The notes below the pieces were generated by a model that made no database searches, was not told the DNA's origin, and saw only the letters and a list, made by a program, of their open reading frames with translations. A stretch of DNA of 64,000 nt from an uncultured delta proteobacterium (GTDB lineage: Bacteria; Myxococcota_A; Polyangia; Polyangiales; Houyiibacteriaceae), in contig CAVOVB010000007.1 in NCBI GenBank assembly GCA_963699755.1, positions 192,001 through 256,000 on the forward strand. The letters run 5' to 3'. This document shows, in pieces, positions 38,564-48,565 of the stretch. Every line of letters starts with the position of its first letter. Within the stretch, counting starts at the first letter, position 1. The position numbers were made by a program, and so were the translations under genes.

Positions 38564-39615
38564 GCTGCGGTTTCGCCGTTTTCGAAACTTGGAACCCCTA
38601 AGGGTCCGAGCTTCCGAACGAGCTGCGCCTTGTTCTTCACGCCGAGCTTGTGCATTGCCGACTTCAGCAAGACCGAGACGCGCCCCTGCGACAGGCCGAG
38701 TCGGTACGCGATGAGCTTGTTGGTGTCGCCGAGCAGAACGTAGTGGAGGACCTGGCATTCCTGCTCGGTCAGTCCTCGCGGGTCGAGCACCCGGGGCGGG
38801 TTCGGTCTTGCGAGCACGAAGCGCCGCCCATCGGTATCGAACCAATCGACAATGCTCCATCGTCCGGAGACGAGCGCCTTCCAGGTTTCGAGAGCCTTTT
38901 CGGGATCGTCCTTGCGCAACTTGCCCCGGGCTCTGTCGACGCGCCGCGCAGCCCTGCGCAAGATCTGGCCAGCATTGCCGTCCTTGGCGCGCCCGACGGC
39001 GTCGACTATCCGGAGCCCGTTTGCGTCGAGCACGGCCTCGGCTCCATGGGGAAGCCCGTTTTGATCCTGATCCATGCCTTCTTCGTGTACGGCCAGCGCA
39101 CGACGGAGACGGTACGCGGAAGCGATATGGGCACCGAGCATCTGCCAGCGGAGCCTTGCTTTGGGGCTGAGCTTCAATGGCTCTCGGAGCGGAGCGCTGA
39201 TGTCGACGCCGACGCCGTCAGGGTCTATCGCAATCATGCCAAACAGGTCGACATAGCCCAGGGCCTCGCGGAGACGCTCGAACTCCTCGGGATGATCCTT
39301 GGAGATCTCGCTCCAGGTGCCAGCGTACCCTGGAGGAGTAACCGCCCGAACGAAGTCGGGGGACAAGGCGCGGCTGGCAGCGGTGAATCGCTCGAGAAAA
39401 GCCGGCGGGAGTGACCTGAGATGCATGTCGTGAATCACGGCATCCTTGCCGCCTCCACCCTCCGGCCGAACGAAGCCAAAGCCGAACATGCCGAGCCCGT
39501 CATCCATGATCGGGGCTGCAGTATCCATCAGAGCAGGCAACCAGAGCGCGTCGGGCTTCTCGAGGTCGTACGCGACCTCAATCAGGTCGATCGCATCTGA
39601 AGTCACGGGTTCCAC
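38560..39615 (-). CDS. LuxR-type HTH transcriptional regulator (paralog of 34537-35568)
   Basis: LTEQE...GDTNKLIAYRLGLS; shares WKALVxGRWSIVDWFDTDGRRFVLA with the paralog. Confidence 0.88.
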   Translation of the reverse strand: MEPVTSDAIDLIEVAYDLEKPDALWLPALMDTAAPIMDDGLGMFGFGFVRPEGGGGKDAVIHDMHLRSLPPAFLERFTAASRALSPDFVRAVTPPGYAGTWSEISKDHPEEFERLREALGYVDLFGMIAIDPDGVGVDISAPLREPLKLSPKARLRWQMLGAHIASAYRLRRALAVHEEGMDQDQNGLPHGAEAVLDANGLRIVDAVGRAKDGNAGQILRRAARRVDRARGKLRKDDPEKALETWKALVSGRWSIVDWFDTDGRRFVLARPNPPRVLDPRGLTEQECQVLHYVLLGDTNKLIAYRLGLSQGRVSVLLKSAMHKLGVKNKAQLVRKLGPLGVPSFENGETAA

Positions 39616-39690
39616 AGTCGCCGCGGACTCTGCCAGAGCCTTGGGCTCCCTTCCATACGTATTTGTTCACGCCGGTCGGCAATCCGCCAC

Positions 39691-40104
39691 TCAGCCTGGA
39701 AGCTTGAGCGTTTCGATCACGGCGCGGAGCACGTCTCTCCTGACGACCACGCCCACGACGCGGTTGTCTTCGATGACGGGAAATAGCCGCCGTTTCGTTT
39801 CGATGAAGCGCGTCGCCACGTCGAGCAGACCGTCGTCCGCGTTGACGGCCTGTACGTCGCGGCTCATGTAGTCTCCAACGCATCCTCCACGTTCTCCGTG
39901 ATATCCCGCGACCAGCGCAGCTTTCAAGAAGTCCCGCTCCGTCAGCAGGCCGATGAGATTTCCGCGCTCGTCTACGACGGGTGCCCCTGAGATGCGCCGA
40001 TTGACCAATACGGAAACCGCGTCCAGCAAGTCTGTGTCGCTCGTGAACGTCACTGGCTTGGTGAGCATGATGTCGCGAGCTCGGAGCTTCTTGATGGGCT
40101 TCAT
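39691..40104 (-). CDS. CBS domain pair protein
   Basis: ARDIM, ISGAPVVD...GLLTERD, VGDYM...FPV...VGVVVRRD; overlaps nqrM stop. Confidence 0.9.
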   Translation of the reverse strand: MKPIKKLRARDIMLTKPVTFTSDTDLLDAVSVLVNRRISGAPVVDERGNLIGLLTERDFLKAALVAGYHGERGGCVGDYMSRDVQAVNADDGLLDVATRFIETKRRLFPVIEDNRVVGVVVRRDVLRAVIETLKLPG

Positions 40105-40286
40105 GCGGCGCGCTTCCTCGGGCATTCACCGCTGGCCGCACGGCCGCAGGTGCCACATCCCGAGCCGTCGGGGTTGTTGAGCCCGCCACAGCTGCCGCGA
40201 ATTCCTCCGCGGCCCGCAAGCGCGCCCACACTCAGGCCGGTCAGGGCAAGCGCGAAAACCATGAAGCTGAGCAAGTAGACCATCAC
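40101..40286 (-). CDS. nqrM: Na+-NQR maturation factor NqrM
   Basis: Single TM then IRGSCGGL...CGTC...C; directly after nqrF. Confidence 0.8.
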   Translation of the reverse strand: MMVYLLSFMVFALALTGLSVGALAGRGGIRGSCGGLNNPDGSGCGTCGRAASGECPRKRAA

Positions 40287-40287
40287 C

Positions 40288-41514
40288 TCAACTGCCGAAA
40301 TCGTCGAACATGACGTTCTCCTCAGAGACGCCGAGGTCCCTGAGCATCCCTTGAACCGCGGAAATCATCAAGGGTGGACCGCACATGTAGTATTCGCAGT
40401 CTTCCGGCGCTTTGTGCGCTCCGAGATACATGTCGTACGCGACCTGATGAATGAAACCGGTAGGGCCGTCCCAGTTGTCATCTTCTCTGGGCTCCGAAAG
40501 AGCGACCACGTACGTGAAGTTCGGGTGCTCCTCGGCCAGGCGTTGGAACTCTTCATGGTAGAAGAGATCGCGCCTGCTTCGAACGCCGAACCAGAATGAG
40601 ATTTTGCGTTTTGTCTTGAGGCGTTTGAGCTGATCGAAGATGTGGGAGCGAAGCGGGGCCATGCCGGTGCCACCACCGATAAACACCATCTCGTTGTCGG
40701 TTTCCCTCGCGAAGAACTCGCCATAGGGCCCTGCGATGGTCACCTCGTCCCCGGGCTTCAGGCTGAAAAGATAGGAAGAAACGATGCCCGGAGGCACGTC
40801 CGGGCCGGAGCCCGGCGGCGGCATGGCGATGCCGATGTTGAGCAGGATGATGCCTGTTTCCTCGGGGTAGTTGGCCATCGAGTAGGCCCGCGTCGTGTCG
40901 CTATTGCTGACTGCCTCGAACCTCCAAAGATTGTACTCGTCCCAGGTGTCGCGATACTCCGGCTCGATGTCGAAATCCGAGAACTTTGCTTGAAAGGGCG
41001 GACACTCGACCTGAATGTAGCCCCCGGCCCGGAACGGCACCTCTTCGCCGACTGGAAGGTCGAGGCAGATCTCCTTGATGAAGGTGCTGAGCCCGTGCGT
41101 GGACCGCACCTCGCAGTCCCATTTGCGAACCCCAAACACTTCTTCTGGGATCTCGACGCGGATGTCTTCGCGAACCGCGACTTGGCAGGCTAGCCGGACG
41201 TGTTGCGAGGCCTCATTGCGCGAGATCATCGACTCCTCGGTGGGAAGCAGCGGGCCTCCGCCTGCGAGCACCTTCACCCGACATTGACCGCAGGTGCCCT
41301 TGCCGCCACAGCCGGCCGGCAGGTATAGGCCGGTCTTCGCGAGGGCAATCAAGAGCTTGGACCCGGCGGAGACTTCGAAGTCTTTGTCGCCGTTCACGAG
41401 CATGTGCACGCTGCCGGTTTCGACGAGCTTGGTGCGGGCAACTAGAATCAGGGCGGACAGCGAGACGACGATCCCCGTGAAGACTGCCACAGCCAAGATG
41501 ATTTGAATCGCCAC
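40288..41514 (-). CDS. nqrF: Na+-translocating NADH:quinone reductase subunit F
   Basis: TM anchor, [42 protein letters not shown]. Confidence 0.97.
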   Translation of the reverse strand: MAIQIILAVAVFTGIVVSLSALILVARTKLVETGSVHMLVNGDKDFEVSAGSKLLIALAKTGLYLPAGCGGKGTCGQCRVKVLAGGGPLLPTEESMISRNEASQHVRLACQVAVREDIRVEIPEEVFGVRKWDCEVRSTHGLSTFIKEICLDLPVGEEVPFRAGGYIQVECPPFQAKFSDFDIEPEYRDTWDEYNLWRFEAVSNSDTTRAYSMANYPEETGIILLNIGIAMPPPGSGPDVPPGIVSSYLFSLKPGDEVTIAGPYGEFFARETDNEMVFIGGGTGMAPLRSHIFDQLKRLKTKRKISFWFGVRSRRDLFYHEEFQRLAEEHPNFTYVVALSEPREDDNWDGPTGFIHQVAYDMYLGAHKAPEDCEYYMCGPPLMISAVQGMLRDLGVSEENVMFDDFGS

Positions 41515-41526
41515 CCTCGTGCCCTC

Positions 41527-42138
41527 CTATAGTTGGATCCCTGCGAAGGCCATGAAGCCGAGGGACATCAGGCCGACGATGATGAAGGTGATCCCAAGCC
41601 CCTGAAGCCCGTTCGGGACGTCGCTGTACTTGAGCTTCTCCCGGATGCCGGCGAGCGCGACCAGAGCCAACGCCCAGCCGAAGCCGCTCCCAATGCCGTA
41701 GACGATGCTCTCGCCCATGGTGTAGTCGCGACGCACCGAGAACAGGGTGCCGCCGAGGATCGCGCAGTTGACCGTAATCAGGGGTAGATAGATGCCGAGC
41801 GCATGGAAGAGCGGCGGGAAATACTTGTCGAGCACCATTTCGAGGATCTGCACCATCGCCGCAATGACCCCAATGTAGGTGACCAGGCCAAGGAAGCTCA
41901 GATCGATGTCCGGCACCCCGGCCCAGGCGAGCGCTCCCTCTTTGAGCACGTAGTTGTAGAGGAAGGTGTTTGCCGGAACGGTGATGAGCTGGACCACGAC
42001 CACTGCCGTCCCCAGGCCGAGGGCGGTTTCGATGCGCTTGGAGACGGCGAGAAAGGTGCACATCCCGAGGAAGAACGAGAGGGCCAGGTTCTCTACGAAC
42101 ACCGCCTTGATGAAAAGCTCGACGTAGCTGCCCATCAC
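41527..42138 (-). CDS. nqrE: Na+-NQR subunit E
   Basis: [29 protein letters not shown]. Confidence 0.97.
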   Translation of the reverse strand: MMGSYVELFIKAVFVENLALSFFLGMCTFLAVSKRIETALGLGTAVVVVQLITVPANTFLYNYVLKEGALAWAGVPDIDLSFLGLVTYIGVIAAMVQILEMVLDKYFPPLFHALGIYLPLITVNCAILGGTLFSVRRDYTMGESIVYGIGSGFGWALALVALAGIREKLKYSDVPNGLQGLGITFIIVGLMSLGFMAFAGIQL

Positions 42139-42797
42139 ACGACCTCCGTTCGATGGACTTCGTGAATTCGGAACTCGGGCTTTTCGACCTGCTTGGGCTT
42201 CCAGGTCCTGGCCGCCCAGATGATCAGGCCAATCACGAAGAACGCGCTGGGCGGCAAGAGCATCATCCCGTTCGGCTTGTACCAGCCACCGTCTGCCGCG
42301 TTCGGAAAGATCGTATAGCCGAGGAGCGTGCCCGCGCCGAGTAGCTCACGGCTGGTGGCCACGAGGATCAGAATCGTGCTGTAACCGAGGCCGTTCCCTA
42401 TGCCATCGAGGAAGCTCAGGCCGACCGGGTTTTTCGAAGCGAAGCTCTCAGTACGGCCAAGCACGATGCAGTTGGTGATGATCAGGCCTACGAAGACCGA
42501 AAGCTCGCGGCTCGTCTCGAAGGCAAAGGCCTTTAGGGACTCGTCGACGATGATGACCAGAGACGCGATGATCGTCATTTGTACTATGATCCGGATGCCG
42601 CTCGGGAGAATGTGACGAATCGCGCTGACTGCCGCGTTCGAAAGCGCAGCAACCGCGGTGAGCGCAACGCACATGTAGAGCGAAGGCAGCAGCGACGTCG
42701 TGACCGCCAGGGCCGAGCAAATTCCGAGTACCTGCAAGGTGACTGGATTGTCATCGACGATGGGTTCGAGCAGAGCGCGCTTGGCAGGGGAGCTCAT
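42135..42797 (-). CDS. nqrD: Na+-NQR subunit D
   Basis: [25 protein letters not shown]. Confidence 0.97.
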   Translation of the reverse strand: MSSPAKRALLEPIVDDNPVTLQVLGICSALAVTTSLLPSLYMCVALTAVAALSNAAVSAIRHILPSGIRIIVQMTIIASLVIIVDESLKAFAFETSRELSVFVGLIITNCIVLGRTESFASKNPVGLSFLDGIGNGLGYSTILILVATSRELLGAGTLLGYTIFPNAADGGWYKPNGMMLLPPSAFFVIGLIIWAARTWKPKQVEKPEFRIHEVHRTEVV

Positions 42798-43591
42798 GAC
42801 CCTCCTCCTTGAATGTTTTTCAGATAGGGTCCGTACCCGTCGTCGCCGAGCCAGTATTGGACCAGGTTGGACACGCCATTTCCGGTGAGCGTCGCGCCGG
42901 AGACGCCGTCGACGTGGTTGTCAGCGCGGGGGTCTTCGGCAGATACTCGACCCTTGACGACTCGGAGCTCGAGTGCGCCGGAATCATCGAACGCACGCTT
43001 GCCATGCCAAAGCGCGCGCCAAGCGGGCTTGACGATGAAGTCGCCGAGGCCTGGGGTTTCGCCGTGCGCATAGAACGTGATGTCCGAGACCGTGTTTCCG
43101 TCGGCTTCGAGGGCGAGGAAACCGTGGAGGATGGACCAAAGCCCATAGCCGGACACCGGCAGAATGATCTTGCTCAGCTCGTCGTCGCGTCGGACGAGGT
43201 AAACCAGACCGTGCTTGGCGCGTCGCCCGACCTTGGCAATGTCGATCTCCGAAGGGATCCTGACGCTCTGAGCGGGATCCTTGGCGGCTTCGATGGGATC
43301 GTAGGACTCGGGATTGATGTCTTCGGCATAGGCGCCCGTTTCGAGGTCGACGACGCGCACCTCGATGCTTTCGAAAAGCTCGTCGACATCAGCCCCGGGC
43401 GCCCAGAGCCCAGCGACCTCGAGGATGTTTCGGCGCATGTCGACAACGGCGTTCTCGACCTGCCGCGGCTTGAGCAACACGGCCGCAGAGGCGACCAAGG
43501 ACGAGCAGACCAGGCTGACGAAGAGCGCCACCAGCAGGGTACGAGCGACCGTGTCGGCTTTGGCACCTGAATCTTTGGAGGGATCAGACAC
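42794..43591 (-). CDS. nqrC: Na+-NQR subunit C
   Basis: [22 protein letters not shown] flavinylation motif. Confidence 0.96.
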   Translation of the reverse strand: MSDPSKDSGAKADTVARTLLVALFVSLVCSSLVASAAVLLKPRQVENAVVDMRRNILEVAGLWAPGADVDELFESIEVRVVDLETGAYAEDINPESYDPIEAAKDPAQSVRIPSEIDIAKVGRRAKHGLVYLVRRDDELSKIILPVSGYGLWSILHGFLALEADGNTVSDITFYAHGETPGLGDFIVKPAWRALWHGKRAFDDSGALELRVVKGRVSAEDPRADNHVDGVSGATLTGNGVSNLVQYWLGDDGYGPYLKNIQGGGS

Positions 43592-44798
43592 TTCGACGCA
43601 ACCTCCTGTTGATGTTCACCCGCATGACGAAGTGGTCGATGGTGGGTGCGAAGATGTTGGCGAAGAGGATCGCGAGCATGATCCCCTCGGGAAAAGCGAT
43701 GTTGACCACGCGGATCACGACCGTGATGACCCCCACGAGAATTCCGAAGACCCAACGCCCGGTATTGGTGACACAGGCGCTCACCGGGTCGGTCGCCATG
43801 TACACCATCCCGAAGGCAAAGCCGCCCAAAACGAGATGCCAGTACCAAGGCATGGCATACATCGGGTTGGTATCGGAGCCGACGACGTTGAACAGCAGCG
43901 CAGTCCCAATCATCCCAACCATGACGCCAGCTATGATCCGCCAGGATGCGACGCCGGTCACGGCGATGAAGACGCCGCCGAGAAGGCAGGCCAAGGTGGA
44001 GGTCTCGCCAAGCGAACCCTGAATGGTTCCGAGGAAAGCGTCCATCCAAGTCACGCCCTGCGCGACGATGCCGGCGACGCCGCTTTCCGCACCGATTGCA
44101 AGCGGCGTTGCACCGGTGATCACGTCGATAGGGGGTGTCCAGACGGACTGGCCCGACATCTCCACCGGATAGGCAAAGTAGAGAAAGGCCCGGCCGGCGA
44201 GCGCTGGGTTCATGAAGTTCTTCCCGGTCCCGCCAAAGACTTCTTTCCCGATGACGACACCGAACGAAATGCCCAGCGCAACCTGCCAGAGCGGCGTAGT
44301 GGCGGGCAGGGTCAGGGCATAGAGGATCGAGGTGACGAAGAAGCCCTCGTTGACCTCGTGGTTGCGGACGCCTGCGAAGAGAACTTCCCAAAAGCCCCCC
44401 GCCGCCAAGGTCACTGCGTAGATCGGCAGAAAGTACAGCAGGCCATAGAAGGCCGCGGCACCGACGCTGTTCGGGTCGTGGCCGATTCCGAGCGCCGAGA
44501 TCACGCCCCCTCGCCAGTCGGTAGGCGAGGCCAAGCCGAGCTGCTCGATCGCTAGGTTGGCCTGGTAGCCAGCGTTCCACATCCCGAAGAGCGCGCAGGG
44601 CAAAACGCCAACGACTACGAGGCCCATGACCCGCTTCAAATCGATCGCGTCACGTATGTGCGGCGCGTGACGCGACACGTCGGGAGGCGAGTAGAAAAGC
44701 GTATCGAGCATCTCGTAGATCGCCTGGTAGCTCTCCAGACGCCCGCCCTTTTCGAAGTGGGGCTCGACCTTATCCAGGAGTTTTCGGAGGGGCCGCAT
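43584..44798 (-). CDS. nqrB: Na+-NQR subunit B
   Basis: HIRDAIDLKRVM, KEVFGGTG, TGATPL flavinylation motif, MATDPVS. Confidence 0.97.
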   Translation of the reverse strand: MRPLRKLLDKVEPHFEKGGRLESYQAIYEMLDTLFYSPPDVSRHAPHIRDAIDLKRVMGLVVVGVLPCALFGMWNAGYQANLAIEQLGLASPTDWRGGVISALGIGHDPNSVGAAAFYGLLYFLPIYAVTLAAGGFWEVLFAGVRNHEVNEGFFVTSILYALTLPATTPLWQVALGISFGVVIGKEVFGGTGKNFMNPALAGRAFLYFAYPVEMSGQSVWTPPIDVITGATPLAIGAESGVAGIVAQGVTWMDAFLGTIQGSLGETSTLACLLGGVFIAVTGVASWRIIAGVMVGMIGTALLFNVVGSDTNPMYAMPWYWHLVLGGFAFGMVYMATDPVSACVTNTGRWVFGILVGVITVVIRVVNIAFPEGIMLAILFANIFAPTIDHFVMRVNINRRLRRSV

Positions 44799-46147
44799 CA
44801 GCCGTTCTTCTCGATGAGGTCTAGGTTCGCTCTGAGAAACTCGCCGTATTCGTACTTGCTACAGCAGACGAAGGAGCAAAGCGCGAGGTCTTCTTCTTCG
44901 AGCTCCAGGCAGCCGAGCGCTTTTGCGGTTTCGGTGTCTTCGACGATGAGGGCCTTGAGTAGAGGCGCAGGTAGAATGTCGAGCGGCATCACCTTTTCGA
45001 AGTTGCCGATTGGGATCATCGCACGCGGGCTGCCGTTTTGCGTGGTGCTGAGCCGGAAGCGATAGCTCTGCGGGCGAAAAGAGGCGAGGAAGGCGCGAAT
45101 CGCGGAGTACCTGTCTGCTCCGGGCGCAATCCAACGCAAGAAGTGACGGCTGCGATCCTCGGCGAGCACGCTGATCTGAAGCGCGTAGGGACCGAGGTAC
45201 TGCGCATGCCCGGCCGAGCGCCGACCGCCCAGAACCGAACCGGAAACCACGCGGCAGTCGCCCGGCTCGAGCTCTTCGTTGAGAAGGTCCTCCGTGCTCG
45301 CACCCATCCGCGTACGGAGGAGTCGGGGCTTCTTCACCATCGGGCCGCCGAGGGCGATCACCCGCTCGATGTGAATCCGGCCGCTGGTGAACAAGGCGCC
45401 GATGGCGATCACGTCCTGGTAGTTGAGGTACCACACGAGCTTGTTCTCGCTCACCGGATCGAGAAAATGAATGTGGGTCCCGGGAAGTCCGGCTGGGTGC
45501 GGACCTTCAAAGGTAGCGGAGCGGACCGATTCGAGCTTGGGGAGCTCGAACGATGGCCCCGGTGCCTGGCACACGTGAACCTCGCCATCGGTGAGTCTAC
45601 TGAGGACCGCGACTCCATCGCGAAACGCGTCCATGCGCTCCGCGATGACCACTCGGGGGTCGCCTGCGAGCGGATTCGTATCGATTGCAGTGACGAAGAT
45701 CGAATGCGGCGACGTGCTTGCCGCGGGGATCTTTCCAAAGGGCCGAGTGCGCAACGCAGTCCACAGACCGGAAGCCTGCAGGACCGCCCGAACCTCTTCA
45801 CGATCGAGCGTCGTGAGCTCGGACCGCTCATGCGACGCAAAGACCTCCTCCTCGTCGCCGTCCAAGCGCACGACCACGGATTGAAGTGACCTTCGAGCGC
45901 CACGATGAATCGCAACAATTTCACCGCAGCCCGGCGCGGTGAACATCACGTCCGGATTGTTCTTGTCGATGAGCACTGGCTGCCCAAGGCTCACTCGGTC
46001 ACCCAAGTCGACCTTCAACCTGGGCTGCAATTCAGGGAAATCTCTCGCAACCAGAGCAACCCAGCCGACCGCTTTCGCATTTTCGATGCGCTGCTCGGGG
46101 GCGCCTGCGATGGGGATGTTCAGGCCTCTGCGTATGCGAACGTGCAT
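44798..46147 (-). CDS. nqrA: Na+-NQR subunit A
   Basis: GLNIPIAGAP, GPHPAG, SGSVLGG, LGCLELEEEDLALC. Confidence 0.97.
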   Translation of the reverse strand: MHVRIRRGLNIPIAGAPEQRIENAKAVGWVALVARDFPELQPRLKVDLGDRVSLGQPVLIDKNNPDVMFTAPGCGEIVAIHRGARRSLQSVVVRLDGDEEEVFASHERSELTTLDREEVRAVLQASGLWTALRTRPFGKIPAASTSPHSIFVTAIDTNPLAGDPRVVIAERMDAFRDGVAVLSRLTDGEVHVCQAPGPSFELPKLESVRSATFEGPHPAGLPGTHIHFLDPVSENKLVWYLNYQDVIAIGALFTSGRIHIERVIALGGPMVKKPRLLRTRMGASTEDLLNEELEPGDCRVVSGSVLGGRRSAGHAQYLGPYALQISVLAEDRSRHFLRWIAPGADRYSAIRAFLASFRPQSYRFRLSTTQNGSPRAMIPIGNFEKVMPLDILPAPLLKALIVEDTETAKALGCLELEEEDLALCSFVCCSKYEYGEFLRANLDLIEKNG

Positions 46148-46199
46148 TCGAGTGGGCGGAGTCTAGCCCAAACTCTCGATTCGAAAAGAACGAAACGAG

Positions 46200-46214
46200 G
46201 CGCAAAACTTGCGC
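46200..46214. promoter_or_regulatory. palindromic regulator site GCGCA-N5-TGCGC
   Basis: Perfect GCGCA-aaact-TGCGC upstream of nqrA. Confidence 0.6.
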
Positions 46215-46260
46215 TTCCTTCGCTGCTGATCCTGCAACACAAACGTGGTACAAACCAGTC

Positions 46261-46803
46261 ATGCGATGGATCGTCTGCGTAAGTATCCTTTTCGCACTAG
46301 GCAGTTGCGGGAAGGATGAAATCTACTTCATTCCTGGGACGGGGACCTTGCCAGACTGCAACGAAACCCCCGACATGAACCTCGACGGATCCTGCTGGTT
46401 CGACCGTGGAGTCGTCACCATACGCTCAGATGGCTGCAGAGAGGCGATGCCCGATGAGATGTTTACGGTGTGCGGGCTCGCCTGGTCGTTCACCCAGACT
46501 GACAACGACGTCACGATCATCGTCGACGGGGAGTACCGAATCGACGGCAGACTGTGCGGTGACCAGCTTCATTTGCGTGGTGGCTGGTGGCTGCTGGTCG
46601 AGGACGCGGGGATGTGCGACTACCAGGACGAGGAGTCGGCCGACGAAGTAGGCATCCAAGATGGAGGCAACACCCTGACGCTCGTCCCCGCTAGCCCGGA
46701 GACGGGCGGCCAAGCACAGATGAGCGGCGTCTTGGCCGTCCAAGGCAGCTGTAGCGCCGAGTACGACGTCGACCTCCAACCGGGCGCCGGCTGCTACTTC
46801 TAG
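46261..46803 (+). CDS. hypothetical lipoprotein
   Basis: LFALGS-C lipobox; acidic, Cys-rich beta-type sequence. Confidence 0.7.
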   Translation: MRWIVCVSILFALGSCGKDEIYFIPGTGTLPDCNETPDMNLDGSCWFDRGVVTIRSDGCREAMPDEMFTVCGLAWSFTQTDNDVTIIVDGEYRIDGRLCGDQLHLRGGWWLLVEDAGMCDYQDEESADEVGIQDGGNTLTLVPASPETGGQAQMSGVLAVQGSCSAEYDVDLQPGAGCYF

Positions 46804-46804
46804 G

Positions 46805-48118
46805 TCAGCACGGCGATTCTTCGTAGAGATACCCGAGGACGTCTTCGCGCGAGAGAATCCCAACGATCCGTGCGCCGTCGAGCACTGGCAAACGGCCGAT
46901 GTTGTGGGCGGTCATCTGGTCGAGCGCCTCTTGGAGGGATGCGTCCGGACTGATGCTTCGAACTTTGTGCGCCATGCAGCTCTTGACCGCGAGCGAGCCG
47001 CGCCCTTCACGCTGCGCCCTCTCGACATCGCGACGCGAGATGACGCCGACCAGCGCATGGTTCTCGACGACCGGTGCGCCGGTGTGGCCCCACTCGTGAA
47101 GTGACTGGGCAAGCTCGGTCAACGGCATGTCCGGCGCCACGGTCCGGACCGGGCTCGACATGAGGTCGCGCACGATTTTCGGCTCGACGCAGTAGCGCTC
47201 GATGCCTGCACGCAGCCGGCTGACGACTTCGCTCAACGAGGCGTCACGCACGACTCCGGAACCCGCTCCGGCATGCCCGCCCCCGCCGAGCTCTTGGAGA
47301 ATCGCACCGACGGGAATGCTGCTCGACCGTGCCCGACCGATGATGTGGGTCTTACCGTTCGGAAGGCGATAAAGGCAGAAGAGCGCGTCGTATGGAAGAA
47401 TGCGAAACGCCTCGGTCGATACCGAGGCAAGTCCCGCCGGCACCTCTGCGGTCTCCAACGAGGCAATCCCGATCGAGGTGCTGAATCGGGGAAGCTCCTC
47501 CACCGCCTCGATGATCCGCACCAACAAATCGCGCTCGATGGCATCCAAGGCCGGCTTCAAGAATCGTTGAAGCAGCACTGCCTGCGCCCCGTGACCGAGC
47601 AGCCAGCCGAGCGCCATCGCGTCGCGAGAGCTCGAACGCGCATAGGCGAGCGAGCCCGTATCCTCGTGAATCCCCAAAGAAAACAAAGTGGCTTCCTCCC
47701 GATCGATCTCCACGCCGCGCGCCCGCAGCTCTTCGACCAGAAGCGTGGTGACGGCGCCGACGGGCTGCACGTGCTCCTCGTCCGCGTTCAAGTCGTCGGG
47801 CGCGCTAGGGTGATGATCCCAAACGGCGATGCGAACGCTTCGTGGTGCTTGCGCCGAGCGCAAAATCACTTCTTCGACATGCGCCAAGCGGCTGCGGCGG
47901 CGAACGTCTGCCACTATTAGGAAATCCACGTCACCGAGATCGAGGTCCTGGCAGCGTTGCGTTGGAAATCGATCTCCGTGAATCGTCAGATAGTGATGAA
48001 CGTTCGGGGCGAACCCACCGCTCAGACCGATCTGCGAACCTGGAAACAGTTTCTGAAGCGCCACACACGACGCCAAGCCATCGAAGTCGGTGGTCTCGTG
48101 CGAGGTGATGAGCTTCAC
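46805..48118 (-). CDS. DHH-family phosphoesterase with C-terminal CBS pair
   Basis: HETTDFDG, WDHH, GIHEDTG, GGGGH (DHHA1), two CBS repeats. Confidence 0.88.
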   Translation of the reverse strand: MKLITSHETTDFDGLASCVALQKLFPGSQIGLSGGFAPNVHHYLTIHGDRFPTQRCQDLDLGDVDFLIVADVRRRSRLAHVEEVILRSAQAPRSVRIAVWDHHPSAPDDLNADEEHVQPVGAVTTLLVEELRARGVEIDREEATLFSLGIHEDTGSLAYARSSSRDAMALGWLLGHGAQAVLLQRFLKPALDAIERDLLVRIIEAVEELPRFSTSIGIASLETAEVPAGLASVSTEAFRILPYDALFCLYRLPNGKTHIIGRARSSSIPVGAILQELGGGGHAGAGSGVVRDASLSEVVSRLRAGIERYCVEPKIVRDLMSSPVRTVAPDMPLTELAQSLHEWGHTGAPVVENHALVGVISRRDVERAQREGRGSLAVKSCMAHKVRSISPDASLQEALDQMTAHNIGRLPVLDGARIVGILSREDVLGYLYEESPC

Positions 48119-48126
48119 GTCAGATG

Positions 48127-48531
48127 CTACAGAGTGTCCTGGAGCACGCGCAAGAGGTCGACGTAGCTGACGATTCCGAGCAAGTCGCCGGTGTCGAGAT
48201 CAGCGACGGGAATCGCACCCACGCGATGCAGAAGCATCAGCTCCAGGACTTCACGCACGTCGGTCTCGGGATCGACCTTGACCGTGCTGGTGTTCATGAA
48301 ATCGCCGACGGTCGCCGAGCGTGCGCTCTCGATCGCATCGATGGCGTCGTCTTCGCGGGCCGCAGAGAAGCCACGGAGGTCGCGGTCGCTGACGATGCCA
48401 ACGAGCTCACGGCCGCGGACCACCGGAAGGTGCCGGACATCGAGCTCAAAGAGCACTCCCAAAGCTTCGGCGACCGACATCATCTCGGTCGCCGTCACGG
48501 GGTTTTCAGTCATGATGTCTTTTGCGAGCAC
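48127..48531 (-). CDS. CBS domain pair protein
   Basis: AKDIMT, VRHLPVV...VGIVSDRDL, VGDFM...GAIPV. Confidence 0.92.
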   Translation of the reverse strand: MLAKDIMTENPVTATEMMSVAEALGVLFELDVRHLPVVRGRELVGIVSDRDLRGFSAAREDDAIDAIESARSATVGDFMNTSTVKVDPETDVREVLELMLLHRVGAIPVADLDTGDLLGIVSYVDLLRVLQDTL

Positions 48532-48565
48532 AAGGTTCTCCTCTCACAGGTCGCCCTCCATGAAG

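Noticed and set aside
32433..39615. Integrative element at tRNA-Gly
   Set aside because: No integrase, transposase or duplicated att site noticed
46198..46212. AGGCGCAAAACTTGC as a sigma-54 promoter
   Set aside because: Spacing fits but the match is weak and better explained by the GCGCA-N5-TGCGC palindrome
46805..48118. CCA/A-adding enzyme call
   Set aside because: No nucleotidyltransferase domain follows the CBS pair
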